64,000 nucleotides of DNA from Microgenomates group bacterium Gr01-1014_7 (GTDB lineage: Bacteria; Patescibacteriota; Microgenomatia; Daviesbacterales; UBA10151). The DNA lies in assembly GCA_007376405.1 (NCBI GenBank), contig VMGD01000001.1, positions 66,891-130,890 of the forward strand, read 5' to 3'. The translations under genes and the position numbers were made by a program. Within the stretch, counting starts at the first letter, position 1; every line of letters starts with the position of its first letter. This document shows, one piece after another, positions 1-11,200 of this stretch. The notes under the pieces are model-generated. The model saw only the letters and a list, made by a program, of their open reading frames with translations. It had not been told where the DNA came from and did not search any database.

Positions 1-757
1 AAACTTCCTCCATTAATTTTTTTTGCTGCAGCTGCCACAGCTGCACATACGTCATGTACATGCTGAAAGCTTGCAAAATTGAATCCATAATTCCAATTGT
101 GCCGTTAAAAAAACCTTTCCTTAAAATTCCCTGATTAAAAATTTCGGTTGTAAAAATTCTTAAAAATCTCCAGGCAGACATTTTTGGATGGCCTGCTTCT
201 AAACGCAATTTGGCATCAATTTTACTCCACTCCAAACTTTTTAAGACTATCTGATCTACTCCTCTGTGGGTTAAGTGTAGAAGTGAATTTTTGGTGTAAC
301 CCAGTTTTCCTGTAAACTTCGGATATTCATGAACCCTGCCAATCCATCCCTCCAGCGCATCCCTTTTAATTAATCTGATAACCCAATCCGGCCAAAAGGG
401 ATCATATTTTACTTCGCTACCAAAAATTATATTTCTTCTGGAAATTGCATAAGCAGAAAACTCATCGGTTTCTATAAGTTTTTTTATTTCTTCTTTTAGT
501 AATTCTACTACCCTCTCGTCGGGATCAACGTACAGAAGCCAATTTCCAGAAGTTTCTTCAGCTGCCTTATTTCTCCATTTAGCAAAATCTTCCTCTACAA
601 ATGTTATTATCTTATCTGTATATTTTTTAACTATCTTTAAAGTTTTATCAGTTGATCCATGATCTGCTACAATAATTTCGTCAGCCCATTTAACTGACTC
701 AAGACAGGTCTTAATTCTGGATTCTTCATTTTTTGTAAGAATAATAACGCTAATCAT
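1..757 (-). CDS. glycosyltransferase family 2 (partial; C-terminal part lies beyond window start)
   Basis: Minus-strand frame is open from the ATG at 755-757 to the window edge. N-terminus MISVIILTKNEESRIKTCLESVKWADEIIVADHGSTDKT...YVDPDE is a GT2 (GT-A) Rossmann/DxD signature. Paralog of the adjacent 762..1652 gene. Absent from the ORF track because it runs off the window. Confidence 0.7.
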   Translation of the reverse strand, partial: MISVIILTKNEESRIKTCLESVKWADEIIVADHGSTDKTLKIVKKYTDKIITFVEEDFAKWRNKAAEETSGNWLLYVDPDERVVELLKEEIKKLIETDEFSAYAISRRNIIFGSEVKYDPFWPDWVIRLIKRDALEGWIGRVHEYPKFTGKLGYTKNSLLHLTHRGVDQIVLKSLEWSKIDAKLRLEAGHPKMSAWRFLRIFTTEIFNQGILRKGFFNGTIGIMDSILQAFSMYMTYVQLWQLQQKKLMEEV

Positions 758-761
758 AGAA

Positions 762-1652
762 TTATCTTTTAAAAATCTTTAAAAATTTCTTTAGCCCTTT
801 TGCGCCTTTTGATTCTTTTATCCAGTAGTTAATATCTTTGCTCACTCTTGTTGTTTGGTTTTCAAACTCTGCCAGATTCAACTCTTGCTCCTTAAACTTA
901 GTTGTTTCCCACACCCTCAAATAAACAACAAAAAACGAAAAAGCCTGGAGCAGACTAAGAGATAAACCATGTAAACCATCTTTATAACCCTCATTTGTAA
1001 AATATCTTGATAAAAATTCGTTAAGCGGCTTGTCAAAAATATCTTGCCACCTGAATTTATAGCCTGATTTTTTTAGTTCCTCGGCTTGAATCTGGGTATA
1101 ACGATTCATTCTACTAATAAATTGTTCTATTGTCTGATAATTTTGATGTATTATTGACCATTTTTCTTCTGATGCAAGTTTCAAGCCAGTACCTTTAGCC
1201 TGAGGTTTGCTATGTATTTGGCTTTGCCAAACTACAGATCCCTTTTTAAAAAGTCTTATTTGATAATCCGGCCACCAACCAGAATGCTTAATCCACTTAT
1301 TGAAAATAATATTTTTTCTTGGTATCTCCACAAAATCAAACGAGCTCGATTTATTGACCAGCGCTTGTAGTCTTTTAGCCAAATCCTCATCTATTTGCTC
1401 GTCAGGATCAAGGACTAATATCCAGTCGTTTTTGGCTTTTGAAATAGCAAAATTCCTAGCAAGCTCAACATAATTTACTCTTTTATGAAAGATAACCTTT
1501 GCTCCCAAGTCTTTGGCAATTTCAGCGGTTTTATCATCTGAATACATATCACAAACTATAATCTCATCTGCCCATTTCACAGAATTTATAGCTTTAGCTA
1601 TATTTTTCTCTTCATTCCGGGTATTAATTATAACCGATATTTTTTGAGGCAT
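762..1652 (-). CDS. glycosyltransferase family 2
   Basis: 296 aa. MPQKISVIINTRNEEKNIAKAINSVKWADEIIVCDMYSDDKT...LDPDEQ is a typical GT2 N-terminal fold with DxD. Tandem paralog of the gene at 1..757. Confidence 0.8.
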   Translation of the reverse strand: MPQKISVIINTRNEEKNIAKAINSVKWADEIIVCDMYSDDKTAEIAKDLGAKVIFHKRVNYVELARNFAISKAKNDWILVLDPDEQIDEDLAKRLQALVNKSSSFDFVEIPRKNIIFNKWIKHSGWWPDYQIRLFKKGSVVWQSQIHSKPQAKGTGLKLASEEKWSIIHQNYQTIEQFISRMNRYTQIQAEELKKSGYKFRWQDIFDKPLNEFLSRYFTNEGYKDGLHGLSLSLLQAFSFFVVYLRVWETTKFKEQELNLAEFENQTTRVSKDINYWIKESKGAKGLKKFLKIFKR

Positions 1653-1662
1653 AGTTTAAATC

Positions 1663-3291
1663 TTACCACTTTGGAGATACTATATAAAATGCCGGGTAGC
1701 CATTAGACAGATAGATCTTTTCCAATATTTCCCCCTCCTTTAGATCTTTCGGAAAACTCCATGGGCTTCCAATAAATAGTACTCCTTTTTTATCTTGATC
1801 TACAGTCCAGTCAATCTGTCTAAAGGTATATTTATTGAATTTAAAATAATATGTACTGTCTTTACTATGTATCTTTGTTTCGGTTTGATAGGTCTTAGGA
1901 TCATACTTTGTATAAAAAAGTACATATAGATAGGGATTGCTAACAAGATATGGTCCTTCAATCCCTCTTCGAGGGTCAAATACTATCTCATTATAACTTT
2001 CTTGATGGTCACGTATATATAAAGCTGCTTGCTTTAACCCCTCATCAAAAGATTCTCCTTTTGCTCTGGGAAAATGAACAGCAAAAGTCAAAAAGGCATG
2101 TATAAAGACAAGCACCGCTACAAAACTAAATCCAAAAGCTACAATAAATCTCTGGTAAACTTTAGAAAGACTTACTATCCATTTACAAAACCTAATTGCT
2201 CCAAGAGCCGTAATAAGGATTATTATAGGAGCAATATGTAAAAGCCTGCCAGCATGAATTTGGTTATTAGTTATGGAATCAGGAAAAATTCCTGTAAGTA
2301 ACCAGATTACAAAAATGCTTTTATAAGGTATCTTACGTTTTATAAATTCAATAATACCTAAAAGTAAAAATGGTAATTCAAAAAGATACAACACTCCTAA
2401 TCCAAAAGTGCCAGGCACTGTCATATTTAATCCATTAATGAACAAGAAATTTGGATCAAGATAACTTAAATACCTTTTTATCCAAAAAAATATTAACATA
2501 GGAAAATCAAAAAAAGAATGGGAGTTAAGCAGTATATACCTTTGAAATTCAACATCATTGGAGATAAGAACCATTGTAAGCCTTGTCCCTGCTCCTTGAA
2601 ATAAAGTTGCATAGACTAAGGGCAGCCCTAATATCACACAAGTTGATACGAAAATAATTATTTTATTCCTGTGGGTTTTAAATTTGCGGAAGTTAAAAAT
2701 TAATGATGTAACAATAAATACCGGTACAAATAACCTGGGGGCAGGAGCGGTATACATAGTCAAAATAAGAAAAAAAGCAGATAGGAAAGTCCATTTACGC
2801 CCTCCGTCAAACATTTTCATAAAAAACCAAATTCCTAGCAGCACAAAAAAAGATGCAATTATATATTCATATTCCATTCTTGAGTAAAAAATATGCCAGG
2901 ATGATATAGCAAGAAAGAAACTGCCTACTAAAGCCAGTCTCTTTTCCTTAAAAATTTTAAAAAGAAAAAGAAAAAATGAAGGGATTATCAAAGTCCCTAT
3001 AAAAAAGTTTTGAAATCTCACGGCAAAATCATTTAAGCCAAATAGTTTTATTGAGATGGCCATTATGTATCCGGGAATTGGGTTTTTATAATCTCCTACT
3101 GCCTGAAAAGTTATTGGAAGAAATTTTCCATACTCATCTCTCCCTGTATTTAGTATTGAGTATGCGGTATAGGCAAAAGATATCTCATCACCATTTAGAC
3201 TCGGGGGGTTTTCGGTATTTTTGTAAAATCTTAAAAATCCTCCTAACAATGTTATTAATATCAGGGTTATCAAAACAAAATGTTTTCTCAT
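1663..3291 (-). CDS. GT-C fold glycosyltransferase, ArnT/PMT-like (GT39/GT83-like) polytopic membrane protein
   Basis: 542 aa with more than 10 predicted TM helices. An acidic 'NGDEISFAYTAYS' motif lies in the first extracytoplasmic loop after TM1, which is the hallmark of ArnT/PMT-type GT-C enzymes. Confidence 0.6.
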   Translation of the reverse strand: MRKHFVLITLILITLLGGFLRFYKNTENPPSLNGDEISFAYTAYSILNTGRDEYGKFLPITFQAVGDYKNPIPGYIMAISIKLFGLNDFAVRFQNFFIGTLIIPSFFLFLFKIFKEKRLALVGSFFLAISSWHIFYSRMEYEYIIASFFVLLGIWFFMKMFDGGRKWTFLSAFFLILTMYTAPAPRLFVPVFIVTSLIFNFRKFKTHRNKIIIFVSTCVILGLPLVYATLFQGAGTRLTMVLISNDVEFQRYILLNSHSFFDFPMLIFFWIKRYLSYLDPNFLFINGLNMTVPGTFGLGVLYLFELPFLLLGIIEFIKRKIPYKSIFVIWLLTGIFPDSITNNQIHAGRLLHIAPIIILITALGAIRFCKWIVSLSKVYQRFIVAFGFSFVAVLVFIHAFLTFAVHFPRAKGESFDEGLKQAALYIRDHQESYNEIVFDPRRGIEGPYLVSNPYLYVLFYTKYDPKTYQTETKIHSKDSTYYFKFNKYTFRQIDWTVDQDKKGVLFIGSPWSFPKDLKEGEILEKIYLSNGYPAFYIVSPKW

Positions 3292-4448
3292 TGTTTCCCT
3301 ACCTCATAATTTTGCTCAAATTCATAATATTTTGTAAATCTGGCCTTTTCTCTAAGCTGGATATCTGAAATAACAACTAAGGACTGAAGAATAATTAATA
3401 TCAGGGTTAATATGAGAAAGATATTGTGAATCTTCTTTTTTTTATTTTTAATTAATTCTATCAATCCATAAGAAATAACTATTATTACTACCGGAGCAAA
3501 AATAATTAAACGATTTAAATCAACCATATTCCTTGATAAAACAGATGGAATAACTAACAAGCTGGACAAAAATAGCACTTTTCTTTGAGGTAATTTTATT
3601 AAATGATAAAGACCATAAACAAACGGTATTAAAAAGCCAAAAAGTATTGGAGGGGTGAATGAGAAGTTTAGAAGTTTCTCTTGGGGTGTAAAATAGTTGG
3701 AAGGTACCAGTTGCTTAGTATATTTTAACAATATATTTTCTACTGTAAAGAGGTATTTATTTTCGCTTATTTTAGCAAGTTTACCTAATCCCTCTTGCTG
3801 CGCTGCCCCCTGGTAATTGTTAACCATATTTAATAGACCAGGATCTGAAAAAATCTTGGTCTCATTATCTAAGATATTTCTAAAAGCAACACTATGCGTT
3901 TGGATTAGAAAAAAAAGTGGAAATAGTAAAAAAGTTATAATTACAAAGAAAATCTTTAAATCTTTAAAAGAAATTATTTTAAAGACTGTTATTAGAAGAA
4001 CTGCTGGAATAAGTAATAATAGAGTCAAAGAGCTATATCCTACTCCCAAAATAGCTACACTTATTAAAAGAGCCCCTAAAAAATTTTTATATTTTAGCAA
4101 AAGTAACCCATAAAAGCCTACCAAGATAAAGAAAAGAAGATAAATATAAAAAGATCCTGCTATAACTAGATAACTACTCCATGGTGAAACAGAATAAACA
4201 AAAGGAGTAATTAAGGAATATTTATTAAAAATTTTCTTACTTATGATCCAAAGTAAAATTAGATTTCCCGCTTCTAAGATATAAAATAACCATTGAGGTA
4301 CATATAAACTTTTACCTATCAAGTCGGAAAAAAATAATTTTTTGGGATCAAAATGAATAGGATACAAATTATTTTGAATTAATGTCAAAAAAAGATAATG
4401 AAGCAATAATATGCCAGCAAAAAGACTAATTTGCTTTTTTGTTTTCAT
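3288..4448 (-). CDS. polytopic membrane protein, unknown family (possible GT-C-like)
   Basis: 386 aa, very hydrophobic and multi-TM. Embedded in the membrane glycosyltransferase operon; 4-nt overlap with the downstream gene. Confidence 0.45.
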   Translation of the reverse strand: MKTKKQISLFAGILLLHYLFLTLIQNNLYPIHFDPKKLFFSDLIGKSLYVPQWLFYILEAGNLILLWIISKKIFNKYSLITPFVYSVSPWSSYLVIAGSFYIYLLFFILVGFYGLLLLKYKNFLGALLISVAILGVGYSSLTLLLLIPAVLLITVFKIISFKDLKIFFVIITFLLFPLFFLIQTHSVAFRNILDNETKIFSDPGLLNMVNNYQGAAQQEGLGKLAKISENKYLFTVENILLKYTKQLVPSNYFTPQEKLLNFSFTPPILFGFLIPFVYGLYHLIKLPQRKVLFLSSLLVIPSVLSRNMVDLNRLIIFAPVVIIVISYGLIELIKNKKKKIHNIFLILTLILIILQSLVVISDIQLREKARFTKYYEFEQNYEVGKQ

Positions 4449-6267
4449 TTTTGGCTAATAGATAGAAGGCTGGTTCCCCAGAAGGATGCTTAATTACTTT
4501 AATTAAAATTAAATCCGATGGAACTCTCTCAGGTTCCCTAATTAAATCCAGTTTAATTTCTTTAGCCGGAGCAAGGTATAAACTATTTTCCGGTAATATT
4601 GAGCCTAATTCATATAGATTCTTATCCAACCCAATTGGAGGAAAAGAAAAATTACCTAATACTGAAACCTTCCCAAAGTGATCTAAATTTTCTTGGACTA
4701 ATGGATATTTTTTCTGAAATTCAGCAGGTGGAAATTGCGACCAACCAAGGAAAAAAATCATCGGAGGCTCTTCTGCCGCACTGATAATAACTTTATTATA
4801 TTTATGGCTCTCAGAAACAACAGACTCTATTGCCTCTTTAAACCCACTATGCCACCATCTTTGGGAGTCCCAAGGAAAGTGAACCCAATAATTATGTTGA
4901 TAGAAAATAAAGCTTAAGAAATAAACTAGTGATAAGACAACAACAAATATTTTCCTAGTTTTTTTACTTATTAAATAATAAGAATGATATATTCCTAAAG
5001 TTGTAAGTATAATCAGAGGTGGAAGTAAAAAAAGCAATCTTGAAGCATGCGAACTACCATCCTTGGTTAAAATTGATGGTAGAGGAGCAGTTAAAATCCA
5101 CAAAATGAGCAGTAATCTTATTTTTATATTTTCTATCTTTAAAAATAAAAATACTAAGCCTAAAATTATAAAGATTGCCTCTAATTTATAAAACTCACCA
5201 TGTCCAATTACATTATGAGTAGGTTGAGGATCTCCACTTATGAATAAAAACTCTGTTGAAAAAGCCCCAAGATAATTATTTATAATTTGTGAAGTAAAAT
5301 AAATCATTCTGTTGTGAAATAATCTATCTAGAATACTTCCTTTTGCACCAAATAAGGCCTTAGAGTCACGTATCCTTGCATCTTGAAGTCTATCAAAACC
5401 TATTTCGGAAGAAGCTGTTTTACTATTAAAAACAGATGTGGATGAAAATCTATCAGTCCCTCCTCCAAAAAATGTGCTAAATACAAAGGGAATAGTTATT
5501 ATCAAAAAAGCTATTAAAGAAATTATTAAATATTTCTTCTGTATCTTAACTACATTTTTCCCATAAAGTAATGCTAGTATTACTAGAGTTAACGGTAGAA
5601 AAACTTTTGCTGAATGATAAGAGAGCGGCGTTAAAGCAAAAAAAATAGATGAAAATACTAACCATTTTCCCTGTTCTAATGAGCGGAGAAAAAAATACAG
5701 ACCAGCAGTAAATAAAGCTAGCATTAATGTTCCTTCAAAACCCCATCTGGAATAATGAATATGCCAAGGAGAAATTGTAAGTACAAATGCAGTCAAAAGG
5801 GCCAAAGAGTTATTTTTAAATGCTTGTTTTATAAGTAAATATAATAGGTAAATTCCTAAAACACCAAAAAGTGCAGCAGGTAAACGCACTCCCAAGGGTG
5901 ATATGCCAAATACCGAAACTGTTGGAATTATTGAATAGGCATAAAGAGGGGATTTATAATCAGCTAAAGATTTAAGGTGCAAAGGTAAAAAATGGCCTGT
6001 ATAATCCTTACCGGTTTTAGAAAGAGAATATGCATGATAACCCACATCTACTTCATCTCCAAATAAAGAAACAGGTACTTTATCCAATCCCCAGACTCTT
6101 AAAATTAAAGCTAAGAATAAAATCAGAAAGAGCAAAATATTCCTGCTTAATGAACTACTCCGCAGCAAAGCTGACGGAGTATCCTTCGGAAAGTTCTTAT
6201 GTGAACCATTCATCCCCGCAGCAAGCTGCGAGGTATTCTGGTTCAATAATAAAGACTTGATTGTCAT
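4426..6267 (-). CDS. GT-C fold glycosyltransferase, ArnT/PMT-like
   Basis: 613 aa. 'SLFGDEVDVGYHAYSL' acidic loop after TM1, then many TM helices and a C-terminal soluble domain. Confidence 0.6.
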   Translation of the reverse strand: MTIKSLLLNQNTSQLAAGMNGSHKNFPKDTPSALLRSSSLSRNILLFLILFLALILRVWGLDKVPVSLFGDEVDVGYHAYSLSKTGKDYTGHFLPLHLKSLADYKSPLYAYSIIPTVSVFGISPLGVRLPAALFGVLGIYLLYLLIKQAFKNNSLALLTAFVLTISPWHIHYSRWGFEGTLMLALFTAGLYFFLRSLEQGKWLVFSSIFFALTPLSYHSAKVFLPLTLVILALLYGKNVVKIQKKYLIISLIAFLIITIPFVFSTFFGGGTDRFSSTSVFNSKTASSEIGFDRLQDARIRDSKALFGAKGSILDRLFHNRMIYFTSQIINNYLGAFSTEFLFISGDPQPTHNVIGHGEFYKLEAIFIILGLVFLFLKIENIKIRLLLILWILTAPLPSILTKDGSSHASRLLFLLPPLIILTTLGIYHSYYLISKKTRKIFVVVLSLVYFLSFIFYQHNYWVHFPWDSQRWWHSGFKEAIESVVSESHKYNKVIISAAEEPPMIFFLGWSQFPPAEFQKKYPLVQENLDHFGKVSVLGNFSFPPIGLDKNLYELGSILPENSLYLAPAKEIKLDLIREPERVPSDLILIKVIKHPSGEPAFYLLAKNENKKAN

Positions 6268-8282
6268 TTTTTAACCTTTAATATTAAAGCCTCATCATTT
6301 TCAAAAAAAACATCAATACCATTTTTCTCCATATCTAAAGGTTTATCAAGTTCATTTTTTGCAACATATATGAAACTAATTTTTGCTTTTTGTAGAAATT
6401 CTCTATTCCAAGCAAAGTCGGTTTGCTCAAAAAATCTTTTTTTATTTTCTATCCTTTGATCTGTTGTTGGATAAAATAAAAGTGTCACATGCTCAGAGGC
6501 AAGATAAGAAACTCTGCCAGTCAGGGCGGATATATAAGAAGTATCATACCAGGCATAAATGGGTTTAGGCTGAGTTGTGAATTTGTTTTGAAGGTTTTTA
6601 TTAAATGGCATATTCAAAACTACAACTTCTGAATCAGAATTATTTTTTAAATAACTTAATGCTTGTAGCTCACTATTACTTATTTTGGCAAGTGGATTGG
6701 TAGTGGGACCATAAAATTCTACTAAATTGCCTATTACTGTTGGTATGGAAAAACAAACGATTAGAACCATTATCAATACTTTAACTGCATAATTTTTGAC
6801 TAAGAGAATAATCTTGTAGGTAGCTACAGCGCCATAGAAACCAAAGATCAAGAGAAAATACTGCATAAATTGAATATTGTTATATATCAGACCCTTTTGA
6901 ACAAAGAGCAAAGGCACAATAAGTCCTGTCATCATACTGACTAAAAGCATAACCTCCACAGGTTGAATGAAAACTTTTCCCCTACTCGTAATTATTTTTC
7001 TTATAATTTCTAGAAGGCCTAAAATTCTCATTCCTAAATTTCCGGCTACAAAAATAAAAAGAGCCATGGTCTCAAATTGAATTATCCTAAGCTTTGCATT
7101 CCAGGTTCCCAATGATAGATAGAACTGTCTTCTCAATTCCAAATCAACCCAATCAAGCTTAACTACAACCATAGTTCTTACAAACCACCAAGGAAGAAAT
7201 ATTAGGAAAGATGCTGCTTGAGGAGAAGTCATTGATCTAAATGTTATTATATTTGATAGTCCCAAGGCTATTGCCAGAATAGGAGTAACTAATTTACGAT
7301 AAAAAATTAGGTCAACTAAAGCCGCAGCCCCCAATCCTACTAACATGACAAAGCCTCCTGAAACTTTAAAGCCTGCCAAGATTGAACCAATTAGAAATGA
7401 GATTAAAACCCATTTAATATTTCTTTTTTGAATGTACACTAGAAAGGCTAGAAAAAATGCCGGCAGTAAAAAATGGGAAGTAGCATGAGGAGGATTACCT
7501 AATATAGTATTTTGTTGGGCTGCCCAAAATGTAGTCTCCCCTCCAAAAATACTACCTCCATGTAAATAATTTACTATATAACCAAAACTGCCTACAAAAT
7601 AGGTAAAAAATAGCCCCAGATACCCTATGCTCCTATTATTTTGCCATCTAGTCACAAAGGCAAAAATAGTTATACCGATGAGAAAGGAAAAAACAACTGG
7701 AAAAAATCTAAAATAAAGATCCAAAGAGGAAAACATCGGAAAAAGCCGGGCAAATTCACCCATTAAAACATCGACCAAATAATGGTAGTTATAAATCACC
7801 TCACCTGAAAAACCAGGATTCTGAGGAGGTATGGACTCCTTTATTGCTTCCATTGAGGAAACATGCCATAGTCCATCATGTCCTTGCGAACTCCAAAAGT
7901 ATAGACCATCTTTATATTGAAAACCGCTAGGGAAATTAATAAATCCTTGAACAAGTATCCCAAGAATTAAAATAACTAAAAGTAATTTATCATATAAAAA
8001 AATTTTCCAAGGCTTAAGTATTTTATGTCTAAATTTAACAATTGCTCCAACATTTAGTATTAATAATAGAGGTAGAACCAAAAACCTTAAGTTTAATAAT
8101 CCAAATAAAATTGCTGTAAGTACAAACAATATTACACCAATGCATAAAGATAATCCTACTACTTCTTGATCTTCCAAGGCATTGTCGGTTTTATGTAATA
8201 GCCAAAAACCAAATGGATAAAACAACAAAAAAAATAATATTAAAAAGATAAATCCATATATTAGGGTTTGAAAAATTAACAT
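6264..8282 (-). CDS. polytopic membrane protein, 'GxWHxS...NP.FSG...NYH' family (putative GT-C-like)
   Basis: 672 aa. Motif 'QGHDGLWHVSSMEAIKESIPPQNPGFSGEVIYNYHYLVDVL' is shared with the C-terminal half of the 8284..11772 protein, so they are clear paralogs. Has a C-terminal soluble domain. Confidence 0.55.
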   Translation of the reverse strand: MLIFQTLIYGFIFLILFFLLFYPFGFWLLHKTDNALEDQEVVGLSLCIGVILFVLTAILFGLLNLRFLVLPLLLILNVGAIVKFRHKILKPWKIFLYDKLLLVILILGILVQGFINFPSGFQYKDGLYFWSSQGHDGLWHVSSMEAIKESIPPQNPGFSGEVIYNYHYLVDVLMGEFARLFPMFSSLDLYFRFFPVVFSFLIGITIFAFVTRWQNNRSIGYLGLFFTYFVGSFGYIVNYLHGGSIFGGETTFWAAQQNTILGNPPHATSHFLLPAFFLAFLVYIQKRNIKWVLISFLIGSILAGFKVSGGFVMLVGLGAAALVDLIFYRKLVTPILAIALGLSNIITFRSMTSPQAASFLIFLPWWFVRTMVVVKLDWVDLELRRQFYLSLGTWNAKLRIIQFETMALFIFVAGNLGMRILGLLEIIRKIITSRGKVFIQPVEVMLLVSMMTGLIVPLLFVQKGLIYNNIQFMQYFLLIFGFYGAVATYKIILLVKNYAVKVLIMVLIVCFSIPTVIGNLVEFYGPTTNPLAKISNSELQALSYLKNNSDSEVVVLNMPFNKNLQNKFTTQPKPIYAWYDTSYISALTGRVSYLASEHVTLLFYPTTDQRIENKKRFFEQTDFAWNREFLQKAKISFIYVAKNELDKPLDMEKNGIDVFFENDEALILKVKK

Positions 8283-8283
8283 T

Positions 8284-11200
8284 TTAAAGTTTGGTTTGAT
8301 AAATTGTAACTTCCTGGTTTTGGTAAATCTTATCTAGTGGGAGCTTATCTTCATCAATAGCCATAGAGAATTCATTTATTATGTAGATGTATTTAATATG
8401 ATTGTGCCTTAAGAAATTTTTAGCTGTCTGTAAACTTTCATCAGTAGATAAATGTGGTATAACATCACTAAAAAAATCCTTAGAAGCTACAATTCTTTTT
8501 TTGTAGTCTGTTAAAAGGATTTGATTTTGAGATTCATCCACTAGATAAACAGCCTTATTTGATAAAGCCGATACATAAGATGTGCTATCGTAAACAAAGA
8601 GCGGCCACGGCTCCTCAATCCTCTTTTTAAGCTTATCATCATAAGGATAAGTCAAAACTACACCATCTTGTTGTTTTGATAAAAACTCTAAGGCCTCTAA
8701 CTCTTTTTTATCAACTCTGGCATGAGGAAGATAATTTGTGTAGTAACTGGCTGTTACCAACGAATTAATCGGACTAATTATTAAAAACAAACCAATTATA
8801 AAACTTAATAAAAACTTGGGTAAATTAACAATTAAGGATAATAATACAACACCACTAATTACCGCTGTTACATAAAGACCATAATAAAAAAATTGAATTG
8901 TATTCCATGGATTTCCTGATTGTATAAAAAGTATTGGAATTAAAAATGAAAGGGTGGAAAAAACAAGTAGAAAAAGAAGATTACTATCTTTAACTATTCT
9001 TTTTATCTTGATCAGTGATAACAAGCTCAACATTCTCAACCCTAAATTACCCGCAATAAATAAGATAAGACTTATAAACTCTGCTGTTATAAATTTCCAC
9101 CAAATTCCCTTCTCCAACCCTACTGTTCTGGCTAATGTTAATCTCATCCATCCTACTCTGTCAGGAGAATCTATCATGGAGTGGATAAACCAAAAAGGCG
9201 CAAAAATCATAAGAGCCGAAGTTGGTTGAAAATTTGCAAAAAATATCACAACAGTAATAATCAATGCACCTATAAAAACTATTAGATAGTCTGCTCTTTT
9301 TTTAAAGAGACCTATTAACACCAAACTGACTAAAACTAAAACTGCACCGTACGCTTTAAAACCTATTAAACCTCCTGCTAATAAAATTGCCAAAGAAAGT
9401 TTCCTTTTTTTTCTGCCGGAGAAAATTAAGACTTGTATTAAGGCTATGATTATCAGTAAAGAAATAGCAAATGGAGGATTTAAATTAAAAGAGATTGATT
9501 GGTTTGCCCAAAAGGCAGACTCTCCGGCAAAATTTCTTTCTTTAATAAAAGAGACTATCCAACCAAAACTACCGGCAAAATAAACAAGATAAAGACTAAA
9601 TAAGGAAGCGATCTTAGTTTTTAAAATTCCCAAGCTTTCTTCAAAAAGATCACGAACAAGATAATAAGTTCCTATACCTAAAGATAAGGAGAATAAAATT
9701 GGATAAAATCTGAAAACTAGATCAAGTACCGGTATCTTTACTAGATAGTTTGTTGCGGCAACTAAAAGATCATAGAAGAAGTGATAGTTTTTTAAAATAT
9801 TGCCGGAAAATATAGGATTTTCAGGTGGAACAGCTTTTATTAACTGGTTTATTAAACTGATGTGCCAAACCCCATCATGAGTATTTGGACCCCAGAAACC
9901 TAAACCAAAAGGATAAACCAATCCATTTTTGAAAGCAGGTATTACTTGAAAAGCTGTTCCCATGATAATTAGTGTGATAATTGCTAGGTCAACTCTATTT
10001 TTAATTTTTGGAATATTTATCTTTTTAAGTTTAGGAAGATAAAGTCCTAAAAACAATATCAGATTTATTAAAATATAGGGGTATATCAAAAACCTAATCT
10101 TAAAAAGACCCAGTATATAGAAAATAAGAGTTAACTCTACTAAACCAACTATCGTTGATAAGAAGAAAGTTTGATATACAGATTTGTTTTTTAAAAGCCT
10201 ATTTATTAGTAAGAATCCGGGAATTATACAGCCAATGGTTAAAAACAAAATAAATGCGATAGTTTTGAATAAAACATTATTCAGCGACCATGCAAATGTT
10301 CCTTCCTCCATTGGTGAATTAATTTTCTTTTGTACTTCTTTTTTGGTAGCATCTAAAATAGCTCCATCAATGGAGGAAATTTTTCCATCAATACCTATAT
10401 CCCTTGGTAAAAATTCTATTGTTCTTGAATGTCCAGCTTCATTTTTGTAAGTAATTTCATAGTTTTCACCTTGTTTGACAACATTAAAATCGGTTATTCT
10501 TCCGTCATCTATAACCCACTTGTGGCCGAAGCTAACCTCATCTAAAACCCTCGTGGCAGAAGTGGCAAAGTTGACACTGTCACATCTGGCCTTAAAACAT
10601 AGTTCCTCTGATCCGTCAATATATTGGCGGATGTCCCTAAATACACTACCATCTTGATTTAAAAACCATCCCGCTCTGTAATAGGGATTCATAAACCAGA
10701 CTACCTTTTTATTCGTAGAAGAGCTTTGCTCATAAGTGCCCAAAGGATCATCCGCCACAATCAAATGTTGCGGGGATAAATCAGGAAATTTGGATTTATA
10801 CCATGAAGCAAAATCTCTCATTGTTGCTAAAGATATCTGGCTTGATTTTCTTTTACTGACAAGTGTTTCGACCTGGTTTTCATATTCCTTTGAATATTTC
10901 TGCCAAGAATAAGAGTTTTCTAAACCAACTACCAATTGAGACAATTGATTCAAAGGTTGTTTAGTATATATATCAATAAGTTTAGAAAAATATTTTATAT
11001 CCAGATTATGATAATCAATATAATCATTTGCTTGAAGGCTGTATGTACTTTCAATTACTCCATTGCCATATCCGTTTACAGGATCTCTGGTTGCCCACTG
11101 AGTTATCACCATAGGTAATTTATTCTCTAAAGTTTGAGCTGGATGTAAGGCATTTTTTTTGGAAGGATAATATGGAGTAGAAAAATATTGACCCCATATT

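Noticed and set aside
2684-4113. Plus-strand ORFs from the six-frame track (2684..2887, 3051..3368, 3817..4113) lying inside the minus-strand GT-C genes
   Set aside because: They are antisense to long, well-supported membrane-protein genes. Their translations are low-complexity (K/I/F-rich) and have no recognisable features. This is typical antisense noise in AT-rich DNA.
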